Shown here piece after piece: positions 48,753-58,584 of a DNA stretch of 64,000 nucleotides; the stretch's first letter is position 1, and every line of letters starts with the position of its first letter. Source of the DNA: a virus (taxonomy: Duplodnaviria; Caudoviricetes); the IMG/VR virus record IMGVR_UViG_2634166501_000001, positions 964-64,963 of that record; one strand, written 5' to 3'. The notes below the pieces were generated by a model, which was not told the DNA's origin, made no database searches, and saw nothing but the letters and a program-made list of their open reading frames with translations. A program made the translations under genes and the position numbers.

Positions 48753-48854
48753 GCTTCTTAGCATCTCACCACTACCCTTTGTAAGCAGCCCTACTTTGCC
48801 TCTCAAACTCCAAAATGTAATACAGATCACATTCCTCGTATCCCCAAAAATTTA

Positions 48855-48935
48855 ATTCCATTTTGGTATTGACAATAAAATACCATTTCGGAATACTATT
48901 TATACCAAAGGCAAACAGCCTTACGCTCTTTAACA
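48855..48935 (+). promoter_or_regulatory. pL-like promoter, OL operators and boxA
   Basis: TTGACA-17-AATACT overlapped by ATTCCATTTTGGTAT and ATACCATTTCGGAAT; CGCTCTTTAACA at 48924. Confidence 0.85.
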
Positions 48936-49310
48936 ACATGAACCATGAACGATAACTACCCTCTCCGCTTGTAGGTGAGAGTAGAGGTCAGCCCAAGATC
49001 CACGAATGGGCGACATGAATTTCGTGAAACAGACTTGTGTGCCTCTTGCGGCGACCGGATGTTGGCCCCTATGGATAACGGGAAAAGCTTGGAAGAACCA
49101 AGCCGCTAACATTGCTGGAATGGCTTAACCGAGTGGATGACCCGCAATGCACACAACCCCGCCTAGTTTCGGCGGTGAGGTAGAAACGCAAATCGGCTTT
49201 GGTAACAGAGCCAATTTGAAACCCCTTTTTTGGTCGGACAGCGGCGTTAGGAAAGGCCGACAAAGCCTAACAAAACTGCATTAGAGGGGTTTCAAATAGA
49301 AGGAGGATTT

Positions 49311-49874
49311 ATGCTTGAGCAGCGATTCATTTTCACTAAGCCAATGCCGTTCATTGCTTATCGCCATTTTGACCGATTGATGGCCGATATTAACGGCCTA
49401 ATGAAATCACAAACTCATACCGATATGTTACGGCTCACTCTCTGCTTGGTTGCGAGTAATGGGCAGATCACTGTTGCGGGCTTTACGACATTCGCAAAAC
49501 TTGCCGAACGCAAAAATGTTGCCGTTCATTTTCAACTGCCGTCCATAGTTGATGCATATAACTTACGCGGCATTCCAGAACATGACCATAACGTAACGTT
49601 CACTATGTTAGGAATTGAGCTGCTCTCTGGGTCGATAGAAGCAATTACCGATCTGATTACCACCTATGAAGGAAAAATGTGCTTTTTGAATTTCTCAAGC
49701 GACATCACTCAACGAGCAATGTCGCCAGATTCTTTTGAACATTGGCTCAAAGATGAACTCTCTATTTCACCACCCCTAAACGCAACTTTGCGCCCAGTTC
49801 AAGTAGACGTTGATGGGTTGCCTCTTCCTCAATTAGCTCGAAGCGTTCTAGATATTTTTGATACCTATTCTTAA
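49311..49874 (+). CDS. Hypothetical protein (paralog 1)
   Basis: Strong RBS; distant similarity to the next gene. Confidence 0.65.
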   Translation: MLEQRFIFTKPMPFIAYRHFDRLMADINGLMKSQTHTDMLRLTLCLVASNGQITVAGFTTFAKLAERKNVAVHFQLPSIVDAYNLRGIPEHDHNVTFTMLGIELLSGSIEAITDLITTYEGKMCFLNFSSDITQRAMSPDSFEHWLKDELSISPPLNATLRPVQVDVDGLPLPQLARSVLDIFDTYS

Positions 49875-49968
49875 TGCTTTCTGACACTCAGTAACTCGGG
49901 CGCGAGCTATAAAAAACAAGCAGTCACTCTTGTGTTTGGGGAAAGGGTTTCAAATAGAAGGAGGTTCT

Positions 49969-50559
49969 GTGTCAGATCTTGTCAGAAAAGGGCTGGTTTT
50001 CCCCAGCTATCGGCCTTCACTTAGGTATAACGAGGCATACAACGTTTTCAACGTTTTGCGCGATGAATGCTGTAAAGGCCTTTACCCAAATCAAAACTTT
50101 GTTGTCATGCTCAGTTTCATCTGCCGATTCAAAGATTTTACGTTGGGAGCCAACGTCAGCTTTATGCAAGCCGGAAACGAGGTTCGCACCGATTGCTCTC
50201 AGGTTGGCCTCTTTGACCACGGAGTTGTCCCAGATGGCATATGTAAAACAAATGGTTGGGAAAACACTTTAGCCTTAGAGCTCGTTGGCATTGATTCCCT
50301 TATAACCACGCGCAAGAGTAATCTTGCCGAGTTATTTAAAGCGTTTTGGGAATCAAACGAGCGCTTCTATCACCTTACAGGCGACATCAATAAAAACCTG
50401 ATGCCACCCAACAGTGAGTTCGAACAATGGCTGAATGGAAAACTTATCTCATTTTCTCAGGAAGCGCACTTTTCGCTCCAATCTCTTGAAGATAATCAAG
50501 GGAAACATCCACAGGCGTTAATTTGTAGCGTTTTAGAAAGTCTGGATACATGGCAATAG
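49969..50559 (+). CDS. Hypothetical protein (paralog 2)
   Basis: Same 20-nt leader, GTG start; FEQWL/FEHWL and SVLESLDT/SVLDIFDT matches. Confidence 0.65.
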   Translation: MSDLVRKGLVFPSYRPSLRYNEAYNVFNVLRDECCKGLYPNQNFVVMLSFICRFKDFTLGANVSFMQAGNEVRTDCSQVGLFDHGVVPDGICKTNGWENTLALELVGIDSLITTRKSNLAELFKAFWESNERFYHLTGDINKNLMPPNSEFEQWLNGKLISFSQEAHFSLQSLEDNQGKHPQALICSVLESLDTWQ

Positions 50560-50725
50560 CATCTTCAGTTACCCAGTAATCTTGCTTGCCGTACTCGTCA
50601 GGATTTTTATTGTAAATCAGCAAATTAACATTCAGGTCTATCGCAAGCTGCTCTTCAAGTGAACCAAAATGCCAAGGTGGCAAATTTGTACAATCAGGTT
50701 CGAACACAAAATGGAAAAACTTCAT
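50444..50725 (-). CDS. Convergently overlapping hypothetical protein or remnant
   Basis: Has a stop-interrupted paralog antisense to about 49763-49923. Confidence 0.45.
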   Translation of the reverse strand: MKFFHFVFEPDCTNLPPWHFGSLEEQLAIDLNVNLLIYNKNPDEYGKQDYWVTEDAIAMYPDFLKRYKLTPVDVSLDYLQEIGAKSALPEKMR

Positions 50726-51332
50726 AGATTTTAGCGCCTTCGTTTACATGAAATGTTGGGGAACATGATTGTAGCTTGGGCGCTAGATCCAAAACACCAG
50801 TAGCCATTTTTGTGTTTTAGGAAAGCTATAGAGATCACGCTCTGGGTGTGATGCAACAAACCAACCTGCTTTGGTGAGCGACTGTTTTTCTTCAACTTTT
50901 GACTGTCGGTGTTAAATTTTTGAAGGTCGCTCAACCAAAGCAAGTGAAAGCGTGACTACAAGGTGTGTCAGCTAGTAGTGCAAATCCTTGGCTCGATGTT
51001 CCTAACATCGAGTTGCCGCAGCCGGGGCAGAACCGGACGTTGAATTAGCGGTAAAAACACTAGCATTGCAGGGGCTAGGCCTCCAAAAGCCTGACTGCAT
51101 GGACACCGGGAAAGACTGGCGAGTGACTGCCGAACGTAGTCATTTTGAAAGCGGTCTGGCGCGAGAGACGCGAGACTCATATGGAATTCAAATAGGAAAA
51201 GCTAACTCAAGTCATCGAGGCCACTAGTGTGAAACTGAGAAGATTGATCACTAAGCCCGTTTCAATATCGAAGCCTGTTAGCCAATCCAGACCGCTTTCA
51301 AAAACAAATAATACGGTTTTATGAGGCGAATC

Positions 51333-51779
51333 ATGAACGTTGATTGGAAATATTTTAGCCAAACCAAAGGCTACAAATCTCTGAAAGAAGCGTACATGAG
51401 TGACGCTAGAAGGGCCGGAAAAGAAGCGCGACCAATGCGCAGTAAAGGCGAATTGTATGAAAAATTTCAGTGGGTAATAAGCCGTTGTTTTCATTACGCG
51501 CAATCATTGAATAAACAGCCTTGGGACGTTCTGGATGAATGGGAATCTAAGCGTGATTTCTGGTGGTTGAACTACTACCAAGAATCAAGACAGCCAAAGA
51601 TTCGCCCTGAATCCATATCCAGAAAGCCAATGCACATCCGAGGCATTAAGAAGTATTACAAGAGTGGTCGTTTCCGTGACTCAAACACAAGAGTCAACTC
51701 AAGGATTGGCGATTATCTTAGAAATCAAAGAACCAAGAAGCCTAGATGGACCGCAAAGCGAAAAAGTCTAGGTTATTAA
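51333..51779 (+). CDS. Basic hypothetical phage protein
   Basis: RBS GAGG; Trp/Arg-rich ORF. Confidence 0.65.
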   Translation: MNVDWKYFSQTKGYKSLKEAYMSDARRAGKEARPMRSKGELYEKFQWVISRCFHYAQSLNKQPWDVLDEWESKRDFWWLNYYQESRQPKIRPESISRKPMHIRGIKKYYKSGRFRDSNTRVNSRIGDYLRNQRTKKPRWTAKRKSLGY

Positions 51780-52421
51780 CCGAGTCTGTAAGTTAGAACC
51801 TCGAAGGGAAAGCGCTCATTTGGATGAACAGGTAGAGCTAAGTAATCCTGTTGTGAGTAAGTACCAGATTGGCTGGGGAAAAGCATCTGAACTCTAATAA
51901 CGATGTGCAATATCCGCCTTGTGTAGACCGAGCAAACCGATACCAGAACACACCTTCTCGCGCTAACGTGACAACAGTTGTTCTAACAGGGTGCTGGTAT
52001 CACCTATTTTTAAAGCAAGCTTAGATAGCTGACATTTACCGAAGTATCGGGGTCTGGGGAACGAAAGCTTGCTTTCAAACCAACTGGTTGGATTTGGTGT
52101 TTTTAGCACCTCCAGCGCCAGTGGCGGATAGTGTAACCGCATGACAGCTCGGAAAGACGGCAACTTCCGTTACCAATATTCTATAAGCTCTAGAAATTTG
52201 GCCCTAGTCGGGTGACGACAAAAAACTAAAGTCTGGCTGTGACGAGACCTTCCGAAATGAAGTAAAACTACAGCCATTTAATAAAGTCTTTTGCAAGTGT
52301 TGAGCTTAAGCGGTGTGAATCACTAGAGCAGGTGAGGTGAAAGCCCTCACAACATGCAAAACAAGTTGAATCGCTAGCCCTGTGAGATTCAGGGCAACTC
52401 GCAAAACACTTTTCAAAATAC

Positions 52422-52506
52422 GCCCCGTATGCCAGCACCGGCCTTCTAAGCCGGTACGTAAAAAGCTGGAAGGACGTGAGAGGTTCGATTCCTCTACGGG
52501 GTGCCA
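52422..52506 (+). tRNA. Atypical tRNA-Arg(TCT)-like element lacking a canonical D arm
   Basis: Acceptor GCCCCGT/ACGGGGT-G-CCA; anticodon arm ACCGGC-CTTCTAA-GCCGGT; T arm AGAGG-TTCGATT-CCTCT. Confidence 0.65.
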
Positions 52507-52574
52507 CATTCTACCAACGACCAAACAACCCGCCACTGTGCGGGTTTTATTTCACCAGATAGAAGGTAACGACG

Positions 52575-52877
52575 ATGAGCCAATGTAATTGCTTTGATGA
52601 AATGCTTAAAAGAGTAAAAGTGTCCGTAAAAGAACAGATTAAAGATACACCGATGGTTGAAGATTCTCTTAAAGTTGACTGGCAGAATCGCGTGTTCTTT
52701 CTTGACGGGAAACCCTCTGCGCCTGTTGCTCTTTATGTTAACGCTGAGTATCGACCACTTAAGAAAAACAGCGAACCTGCAAAGAATGTGAGGCACTTGC
52801 AACACGGATTCAAAATGTCTCACTGCCCTTTCTGTGGCAATAAATACGACAGCGAAGAAACCAAAAAGCCCGACTAA
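52575..52877 (+). CDS. Small Zn-binding hypothetical protein
   Basis: CNC ... HCPFCG. Confidence 0.7.
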   Translation: MSQCNCFDEMLKRVKVSVKEQIKDTPMVEDSLKVDWQNRVFFLDGKPSAPVALYVNAEYRPLKKNSEPAKNVRHLQHGFKMSHCPFCGNKYDSEETKKPD

Positions 52878-53047
52878 TGCCGGGCTATTGGGGAGTGCAT
52901 AACGACCAAGAAACGCACTCCAAACCGCCGAGGCGGTCAAGGTAACGACCAATAGACAACCACATCGCAGACTCATCCACATTGCAAAGGCCTATTGGCA
53001 GCTAAGGCAACGACCAAGAAGCCCTAACCGTTTGGGAGAATAACAAA

Positions 53048-53434
53048 GTGAATATCCTAAATCTAGTACCAGAAAATCAAGAAGCTGCGTTCAGCCACTT
53101 CATTGACAACGGCATCAGCCGCATTAAAGCCAATCGTGAATTTTGCGGCTTAACCCTGAGCAGTTTTGTTGAATGGATGCTTGAGCAAGATATGCCCTTT
53201 CGCATGATGACAGGCCTCGTCCGCAATATTCTCTCCATCCAGTTTGAACCCATGATGAGTAGCCACAAACTCATCGAGCTTGAAACCTTCCAAGAGCACT
53301 TTAATGAGCTTTTAGAAAAGTACGTGGATGCCAACCGGAACGTTGTTCTTAAAGGCTACCGCGAACTCAAAAACGACCAAATCCAAGAGCAGAAAGTGAC
53401 TCAGTTTGAGCAACAGCAGCTCTCTAACTTTTAA
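53048..53434 (+). CDS. Hypothetical protein
   Basis: RBS GGAG, GTG start, upstream of bet. Confidence 0.6.
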   Translation: MNILNLVPENQEAAFSHFIDNGISRIKANREFCGLTLSSFVEWMLEQDMPFRMMTGLVRNILSIQFEPMMSSHKLIELETFQEHFNELLEKYVDANRNVVLKGYRELKNDQIQEQKVTQFEQQQLSNF

Positions 53435-53442
53435 TCGAGGTA

Positions 53443-54300
53443 ATGATAATGACCAATATTGTGCCATTTGAGGAGCGTCACCCACTTGTCGCACAACGCG
53501 GGATAGACGAGGCCACCTGGTCTGCACTGCAAAACAGTGTTTATCCGGGTGCGAAGGAAGAATCTATCTTGATGGTGACGGATTACTGCCGCGCCCGTCA
53601 CTTAGACCCGCTTCTTAAGCCCGTTCATATCGTGCCAATGAACGTGAAGAACTCACAAACCAACAACTACGAATGGCGTGATGTGGTGATGCCCGGCATT
53701 GGCATGTATCGCATTCAAGCAGATCGCAGTGGTAGCTACGCTGGCTCAACAGACCCAGAGTTCGGCCCACTGATTGCCATGGAGTTTAAAGGTGAAAATA
53801 ACTATTCGGAAATCATCAACATTCCAGAATGGTGCAAAATCACAGTCCATAAACTGATCAATGGCACCTTAGTCGCCTTCTCGGCAAAAGAAATGTGGTT
53901 GGAGAACTACGCAACTGCAGGGAAAAACACCCAAATTCCCAACGCGATGTGGAAAAAACGGCCATACGCACAGTTAGCAAAATGCGCCGAGGCTCAAGCC
54001 CTTCGCAAAGCATGGCCTGAAATCGGACAGCAAGCGACTGCTGAAGAAATGGAAGGTAAAGAGCTCATCATCGAGCACGATGTTACGCCAGCTCGCAATA
54101 CCATCACCGTCAAGCAGTACCCCGCTCAAGACTTCGAAAAGAACTTCCCTTCTTGGCAAAAGAAAATCGAATCAGGCCGCAACACACCTGAACGCATCAT
54201 CGCCATGGTTGAAGCCAAGGGAGCACTAACCGAAGACATGAAACAGCGCCTTTTAAGCATCAGTACCACTCAGGGAGAAACCAATCATGCAAGTCACTAA
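53443..54300 (+). CDS. bet: Single-strand annealing protein (Bet/RecT family)
   Basis: YCRARHLDPL, GIGMYRIQADRSG, MWKKRPYAQLAKCAEAQALRKAWP. Confidence 0.92.
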   Translation: MIMTNIVPFEERHPLVAQRGIDEATWSALQNSVYPGAKEESILMVTDYCRARHLDPLLKPVHIVPMNVKNSQTNNYEWRDVVMPGIGMYRIQADRSGSYAGSTDPEFGPLIAMEFKGENNYSEIINIPEWCKITVHKLINGTLVAFSAKEMWLENYATAGKNTQIPNAMWKKRPYAQLAKCAEAQALRKAWPEIGQQATAEEMEGKELIIEHDVTPARNTITVKQYPAQDFEKNFPSWQKKIESGRNTPERIIAMVEAKGALTEDMKQRLLSISTTQGETNHASH

Positions 54301-56020
54301 CATCCAGTTCCACAACGTTCAGCAAGGCACCGATGAATGGCATGCATTGCGTGAAACCGTCGATTTTACCGCTTCTGAAGTTTCTGCCGCGCTAGGGTGC
54401 TCACCTTATAAAACCCGCGATCAGCTCATGCACGAGAAAGCGACGGGCATTAAGCCAGAAATCAGTAGCTATCAAGAGAAAATCTTCGCCGATGGCCACC
54501 GCTTTGAAGAAATGGCGCGCCCTATCTTGGAAAGTAATCTTGGTGAAGAGCTCTATCCGGCCACCATTACTGGCGAATGCGAAGGGCTTACTCTACTCGC
54601 TTCGCTTGATGGCTTAACAATGGATGGCGACATTGCATTCGAACACAAATCGCCTAATGGAAAGCTTGTTGCCCGAATCGCTGAACGCAACTTAGACACT
54701 CATTATGTTGTGCAGATGGAGCAACAGTTACTTCTCTCTGGCGCGGCAGTCTGCAAGTTTGTAGCAAGTGATGGCACTGAACAAAACTGGCACGAAATGG
54801 ACTACTACCCCGACGAATCAGTACAAAGCTGGATTATTTCAGGCTTAAGGCAATTCAAGTCTGACTTAGCGGAGTACAAGCAAAAACTGGCAAACGGCGA
54901 AATCGCTCAGGAAAGCAAGCCAGTGGTCACCGCCGAGGTAATTCAAGATTTACCCGCCGTCACCTACAAAATGAACGGCCTTGCGATTGTCAGTAACCTA
55001 GACGAGTACAAGGTTAAGGCGTTAGAACTGGTTGAGCAATCCAAAAAGAAACTGGAAACAGACCAAGACTTTGCCAACGCAGAAAGCATGGTGAAGGTGT
55101 TCAAATCCGCCGAAGATAAACTCGGCCTAATGTCACAACAAGTTCTCGGGGAAGTGGAAAGCATTGATACCTTTGTGAAAGACCTTGGCTTTATCAGCGA
55201 AAACATTCGCCAAGCGCGCCTCGCGCTAGATAAACAGGTCAAGTCTCGCAAAGAAGAGATCAAGACTGAACTGGTTATGAAGGCAAAGACTGAAATTCAA
55301 GCCTTAGTTGCTGACATGTCCCAAAAATATAATGTCGGTTTTAACGTTAAGCATGACTTTGCTGCGGCCATTAAAGGCAAGCGCAACATTGAAAGCATGC
55401 AAAGTGCAATCAATGACGAACTGGCCAAGGCAAAAATTGCACTGTCTGAGCTAAAAGATATCGCGCAAACCAACCTAGATACCGTTAATCAGCATAGCGA
55501 ATACCGCTTCTTATTTAACGACTGGGGGCAAATCGCCTTTAAAGCACCGGAAGACTTCGCAACGCTCGTTAAACTGCGTATTGCCGAGCACAAAGATGCT
55601 GAAGAGAAACGCCTTCAAGCAGATCGCGACCGCATCCGCAAGGAAGAAGAAGCTAAAGCGCAAGCCGAAGCCGAGCAAAAAGCAGATGCATTACGTAAAG
55701 AGCAGGAAGCCGAAGATCGCCGCAAAGCGCAAGAGCTTGCAAAGAGCCAAGCCAAAGAGAACGCGGTTGAACAAGCAATGCAGGACATCCCTACCCCTGC
55801 AGACCCAAATCGTATAGCGCATGCTCGCCAGGTATTAGCAACGGCCGAAACCGCCGAAGTGAAACCGTTCACCGTTGCGAACAAAGCGGTTATCACCATC
55901 CCAACCGACGAATACAACGAACTGTTACGCAAAGCCGATTTGCTTGAAGCGCTCTACGCATCGGGGGTCGATAATTGGGACGGATACGGCGAAGCCATCG
56001 CCATGTTAAAAGCGTCTTAA
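54287..56020 (+). CDS. YqaJ/lambda-exo-type exonuclease with long coiled-coil tail
   Basis: QQGTDEWHALR, TASE, ASLDG, FEHK, QMEQQL. Confidence 0.9.
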   Translation: MQVTNIQFHNVQQGTDEWHALRETVDFTASEVSAALGCSPYKTRDQLMHEKATGIKPEISSYQEKIFADGHRFEEMARPILESNLGEELYPATITGECEGLTLLASLDGLTMDGDIAFEHKSPNGKLVARIAERNLDTHYVVQMEQQLLLSGAAVCKFVASDGTEQNWHEMDYYPDESVQSWIISGLRQFKSDLAEYKQKLANGEIAQESKPVVTAEVIQDLPAVTYKMNGLAIVSNLDEYKVKALELVEQSKKKLETDQDFANAESMVKVFKSAEDKLGLMSQQVLGEVESIDTFVKDLGFISENIRQARLALDKQVKSRKEEIKTELVMKAKTEIQALVADMSQKYNVGFNVKHDFAAAIKGKRNIESMQSAINDELAKAKIALSELKDIAQTNLDTVNQHSEYRFLFNDWGQIAFKAPEDFATLVKLRIAEHKDAEEKRLQADRDRIRKEEEAKAQAEAEQKADALRKEQEAEDRRKAQELAKSQAKENAVEQAMQDIPTPADPNRIAHARQVLATAETAEVKPFTVANKAVITIPTDEYNELLRKADLLEALYASGVDNWDGYGEAIAMLKAS

Positions 56021-56032
56021 GCCTTGAAGCTA

Positions 56033-56302
56033 TTGACAAAGCGCCTAGTTCGGGGCTAACCTTTACGTGCACTGGCAAAATCCAGTGCCGGACGTGGAAA
56101 TCCGAATTGCAAGGCGCATAGTCGCCAACACATGTTGGTTTTTTTATGCGTAAAATCCGCACATCTAAATTATGGTGAGCTGGATGAGGCTGGCTTCGGC
56201 TAGGCCGTTCCCTTGTAGCGGTATTTCCACACCTCGTTCAGTTCACCACCCAATCGTGGAAAGTTGAGTGGTGAACTCCTAAAAAATACAAGGAGCCTCA
56301 TC
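56033..56302 (+). promoter_or_regulatory. C4-type antisense control cassette D
   Basis: Same promoter and hairpin as B; b1/b2 GTGGAAA (56094, 56256), a1 TGCAAGG (56108), a2 TACAAGG (56287). Confidence 0.85.
56173..56249 (+). ncRNA. C4-like antisense RNA D
   Basis: a' CCTTGTA (56211), b' ATTTCCAC (56223) in the conserved scaffold. Confidence 0.85.
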
Positions 56303-56911
56303 ATGAACACAGTTTCTACAGCTATCGCATCTGCTAAACCATCCGATCTTGTTTTCGCATCTCAAACAAATCAGCTCGTTACCAATTCAATGAAAGTTGC
56401 TGAATACTTTGGCAAGCAACATCGTAACGTATTAGCAAAGTTAAGATCATTGGAATGTTCCGGCGAGTTTAGGTCTGCTAACTTTTTAGCATACCACCAC
56501 AAGAACGAACAAAACGGTGAAGTTTACCAAGCCTACCAAATGACCAAAGACGGCTTTATGTTCTTGGTGATGGGCTTTACAGGCAAACGCGCCGCAGAAA
56601 TCAAAGAGCGCTACATCAACGCCTTCAACGAAATGGAGCAGAAACTGGCAAACAACCAGAAGAAGCTACCAGAACCACAAACCCCAGTACCTTCAATGAC
56701 ACGAGTGATGCTTGTTATCGAGAACGGCCAAACCGTGGAAGCCAAGCACATTCCTAACGATGCATTCGTTGTCAGCAAAAGCAGAATCGCCAACCTCATA
56801 GCAGAGCCGGGCATCTTCACCATGCAAGAAATGGCGCAGATCGCCGAAGCGGTGAACAAGAAAATGGTTGAAATAGCCATTACCGCCAGCAAATCTGCCG
56901 CGAAACACTAA
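56303..56911 (+). CDS. Rha-family regulator/antirepressor with shared C-terminal domain
   Basis: Close paralog of 892-1503. Confidence 0.9.
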   Translation: MNTVSTAIASAKPSDLVFASQTNQLVTNSMKVAEYFGKQHRNVLAKLRSLECSGEFRSANFLAYHHKNEQNGEVYQAYQMTKDGFMFLVMGFTGKRAAEIKERYINAFNEMEQKLANNQKKLPEPQTPVPSMTRVMLVIENGQTVEAKHIPNDAFVVSKSRIANLIAEPGIFTMQEMAQIAEAVNKKMVEIAITASKSAAKH

Positions 56912-56989
56912 CCCCACAAAGCCACTTTCGAGTGGCTTTCTTTTTAAATCAACTCAGGGGCTAGCCCCTGAGAATCAAGGTAACGACCA

Positions 56990-57232
56990 ATGAAGAAGCA
57001 CATTTCATTTATTGCTTACGGCCCCGTAAGCATAGATCCACGCGATGGCGAGACCGAAGCCACCGCAAAAATCGAAGACGTTCTCGGTAACTTCACTGCA
57101 GAGGAAATCGCTGAACACTTTAACACCGAAGAATTGCTAAGTGAGATTGGCAAAGCCAAGGCGATTGAATGGCTACTCAGCCAAATGGGAACTGATGAGC
57201 TGATTAGTCTATTGATGCTTAAAGCTGCATAG
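56990..57232 (+). CDS. Small acidic hypothetical protein
   Basis: AGGTAACGACCA leader. Confidence 0.6.
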   Translation: MKKHISFIAYGPVSIDPRDGETEATAKIEDVLGNFTAEEIAEHFNTEELLSEIGKAKAIEWLLSQMGTDELISLLMLKAA

Positions 57233-57272
57233 ATCGACATAAAGATATAGCTAACTAAACGAGGGCATTGAC

Positions 57273-57668
57273 ATGTCAAAAACAGAAGCAGGAAACCTCA
57301 GTATTGAGGACCGCACCACCAACTTTCCAAAACTCATGCAAGAACTTGACGGCGGCGTTATCTCCAATGTTATTGGATTGGCTCTCTCGAATGTAGCTCG
57401 CGCAGCCTCATACAGCGATAAACAGGGCAGCGTGAAGATTGATCTAAAACTAAAGCCAATGGGCACAAACAATGAAATGGTCGAGATCACTGCCAACATG
57501 TCGGTTAAAGAACCTAAAGCCGGCTTTGGAACCAAAAACGAAGACTTTCAATACACTTCAATCGCTTTCGTTGGCAAAGGCGGGAAACTCACTTACGACC
57601 GCCCTAAAGAAGATATCCGCGGGCAACTAATTATCGACGATTCTAAACAGTTGCGCGAAGTACGCTAA
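57273..57668 (+). CDS. YfdP-like phage protein
   Basis: ELDGG...KQGSV...GGKLT; upstream of the DUF2303 gene. Confidence 0.65.
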   Translation: MSKTEAGNLSIEDRTTNFPKLMQELDGGVISNVIGLALSNVARAASYSDKQGSVKIDLKLKPMGTNNEMVEITANMSVKEPKAGFGTKNEDFQYTSIAFVGKGGKLTYDRPKEDIRGQLIIDDSKQLREVR

Positions 57669-57701
57669 TTCATTCACCAATCACATTTGAGAGAAACAGC
57701 T

Positions 57702-58526
57702 ATGAGTATGGACAAATCTGCTATTCAACAAATTCAAGAATCCGGCAATGCCAAAGATTTTCTAAACCAGCTAGTAAATACTGGTTTCCCTGTCGCAGCA
57801 CTGCCAAGTTCGTTCGATTTACACGATCTGGAATCATACATGCCACACCGCAATATGTTTCGCGGTGTTATGGAAACGAGCCATATTGATGAGTTTGTAC
57901 GTTATCACGAAGAGTATCAAACCGAAGGTATTCAGTGTTTCATCAGCACAGAACGTATGTCAGCCACAACAATTTTTGATATCGGTACGATGATGAAGCC
58001 AGGCCACTGTAGACATAAGGCTAAACTCGCGCTTCGGCAAACGGCATCATATCGAGCCCTTTTAGAGATCAACGGCGAGCGCCTAAATCAGAAGAAACTC
58101 TCGGATTGGATTGAAGACTACAGCACATCCATTCAAGTATTCTCCACCACAGGTGAGTTAATCGAGAACTCCATAGCTTCTGCTGCAGTACGCAATATGA
58201 AATTTGAATCCAAAGCGGGCCGAGAATCGAACGTGGATGATTTTAGTCATCAACAATCAGAATACGAGTCGATAGCCGTACGTACCAAAGAAGAATTTCC
58301 AATGCCAGCAGTTTTCAAGTTCACCTGCCAACCATATCTCGGACTTTCAGAGAGAGAGTTCGAGCTGCGAATGAGCACCATTGGAAACGAAATTCTAGTA
58401 CTACGAATCAAGCGACTCGAACAGCACGAGGAAGAAATGAGTGAAGAGTTTAAAGACAACTTAGGAAGAGGATTTATCTCTGAAAATATCGAGATCAACA
58501 CTTTTATCGGCACATTCACTTCTTAA
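57702..58526 (+). CDS. DUF2303 (YfdQ-like) protein
   Basis: MDKSAIQQI, DLESY..R..FRG, F.C.PY.GL..R, terminal FIGTF. Confidence 0.85.
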   Translation: MSMDKSAIQQIQESGNAKDFLNQLVNTGFPVAALPSSFDLHDLESYMPHRNMFRGVMETSHIDEFVRYHEEYQTEGIQCFISTERMSATTIFDIGTMMKPGHCRHKAKLALRQTASYRALLEINGERLNQKKLSDWIEDYSTSIQVFSTTGELIENSIASAAVRNMKFESKAGRESNVDDFSHQQSEYESIAVRTKEEFPMPAVFKFTCQPYLGLSEREFELRMSTIGNEILVLRIKRLEQHEEEMSEEFKDNLGRGFISENIEINTFIGTFTS

Positions 58527-58584
58527 CCGCTTATCTTCACTTTTCTTTAAGCCCTCACCCGAGGGCTTTTTAAGGTAACGACCA

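Noticed and set aside
52235-52276. Hammerhead-like element (GGCTGTGACGAG...TACAGCC)
   Set aside because: Lacks the CUGANGA/GAAA core and a third stem
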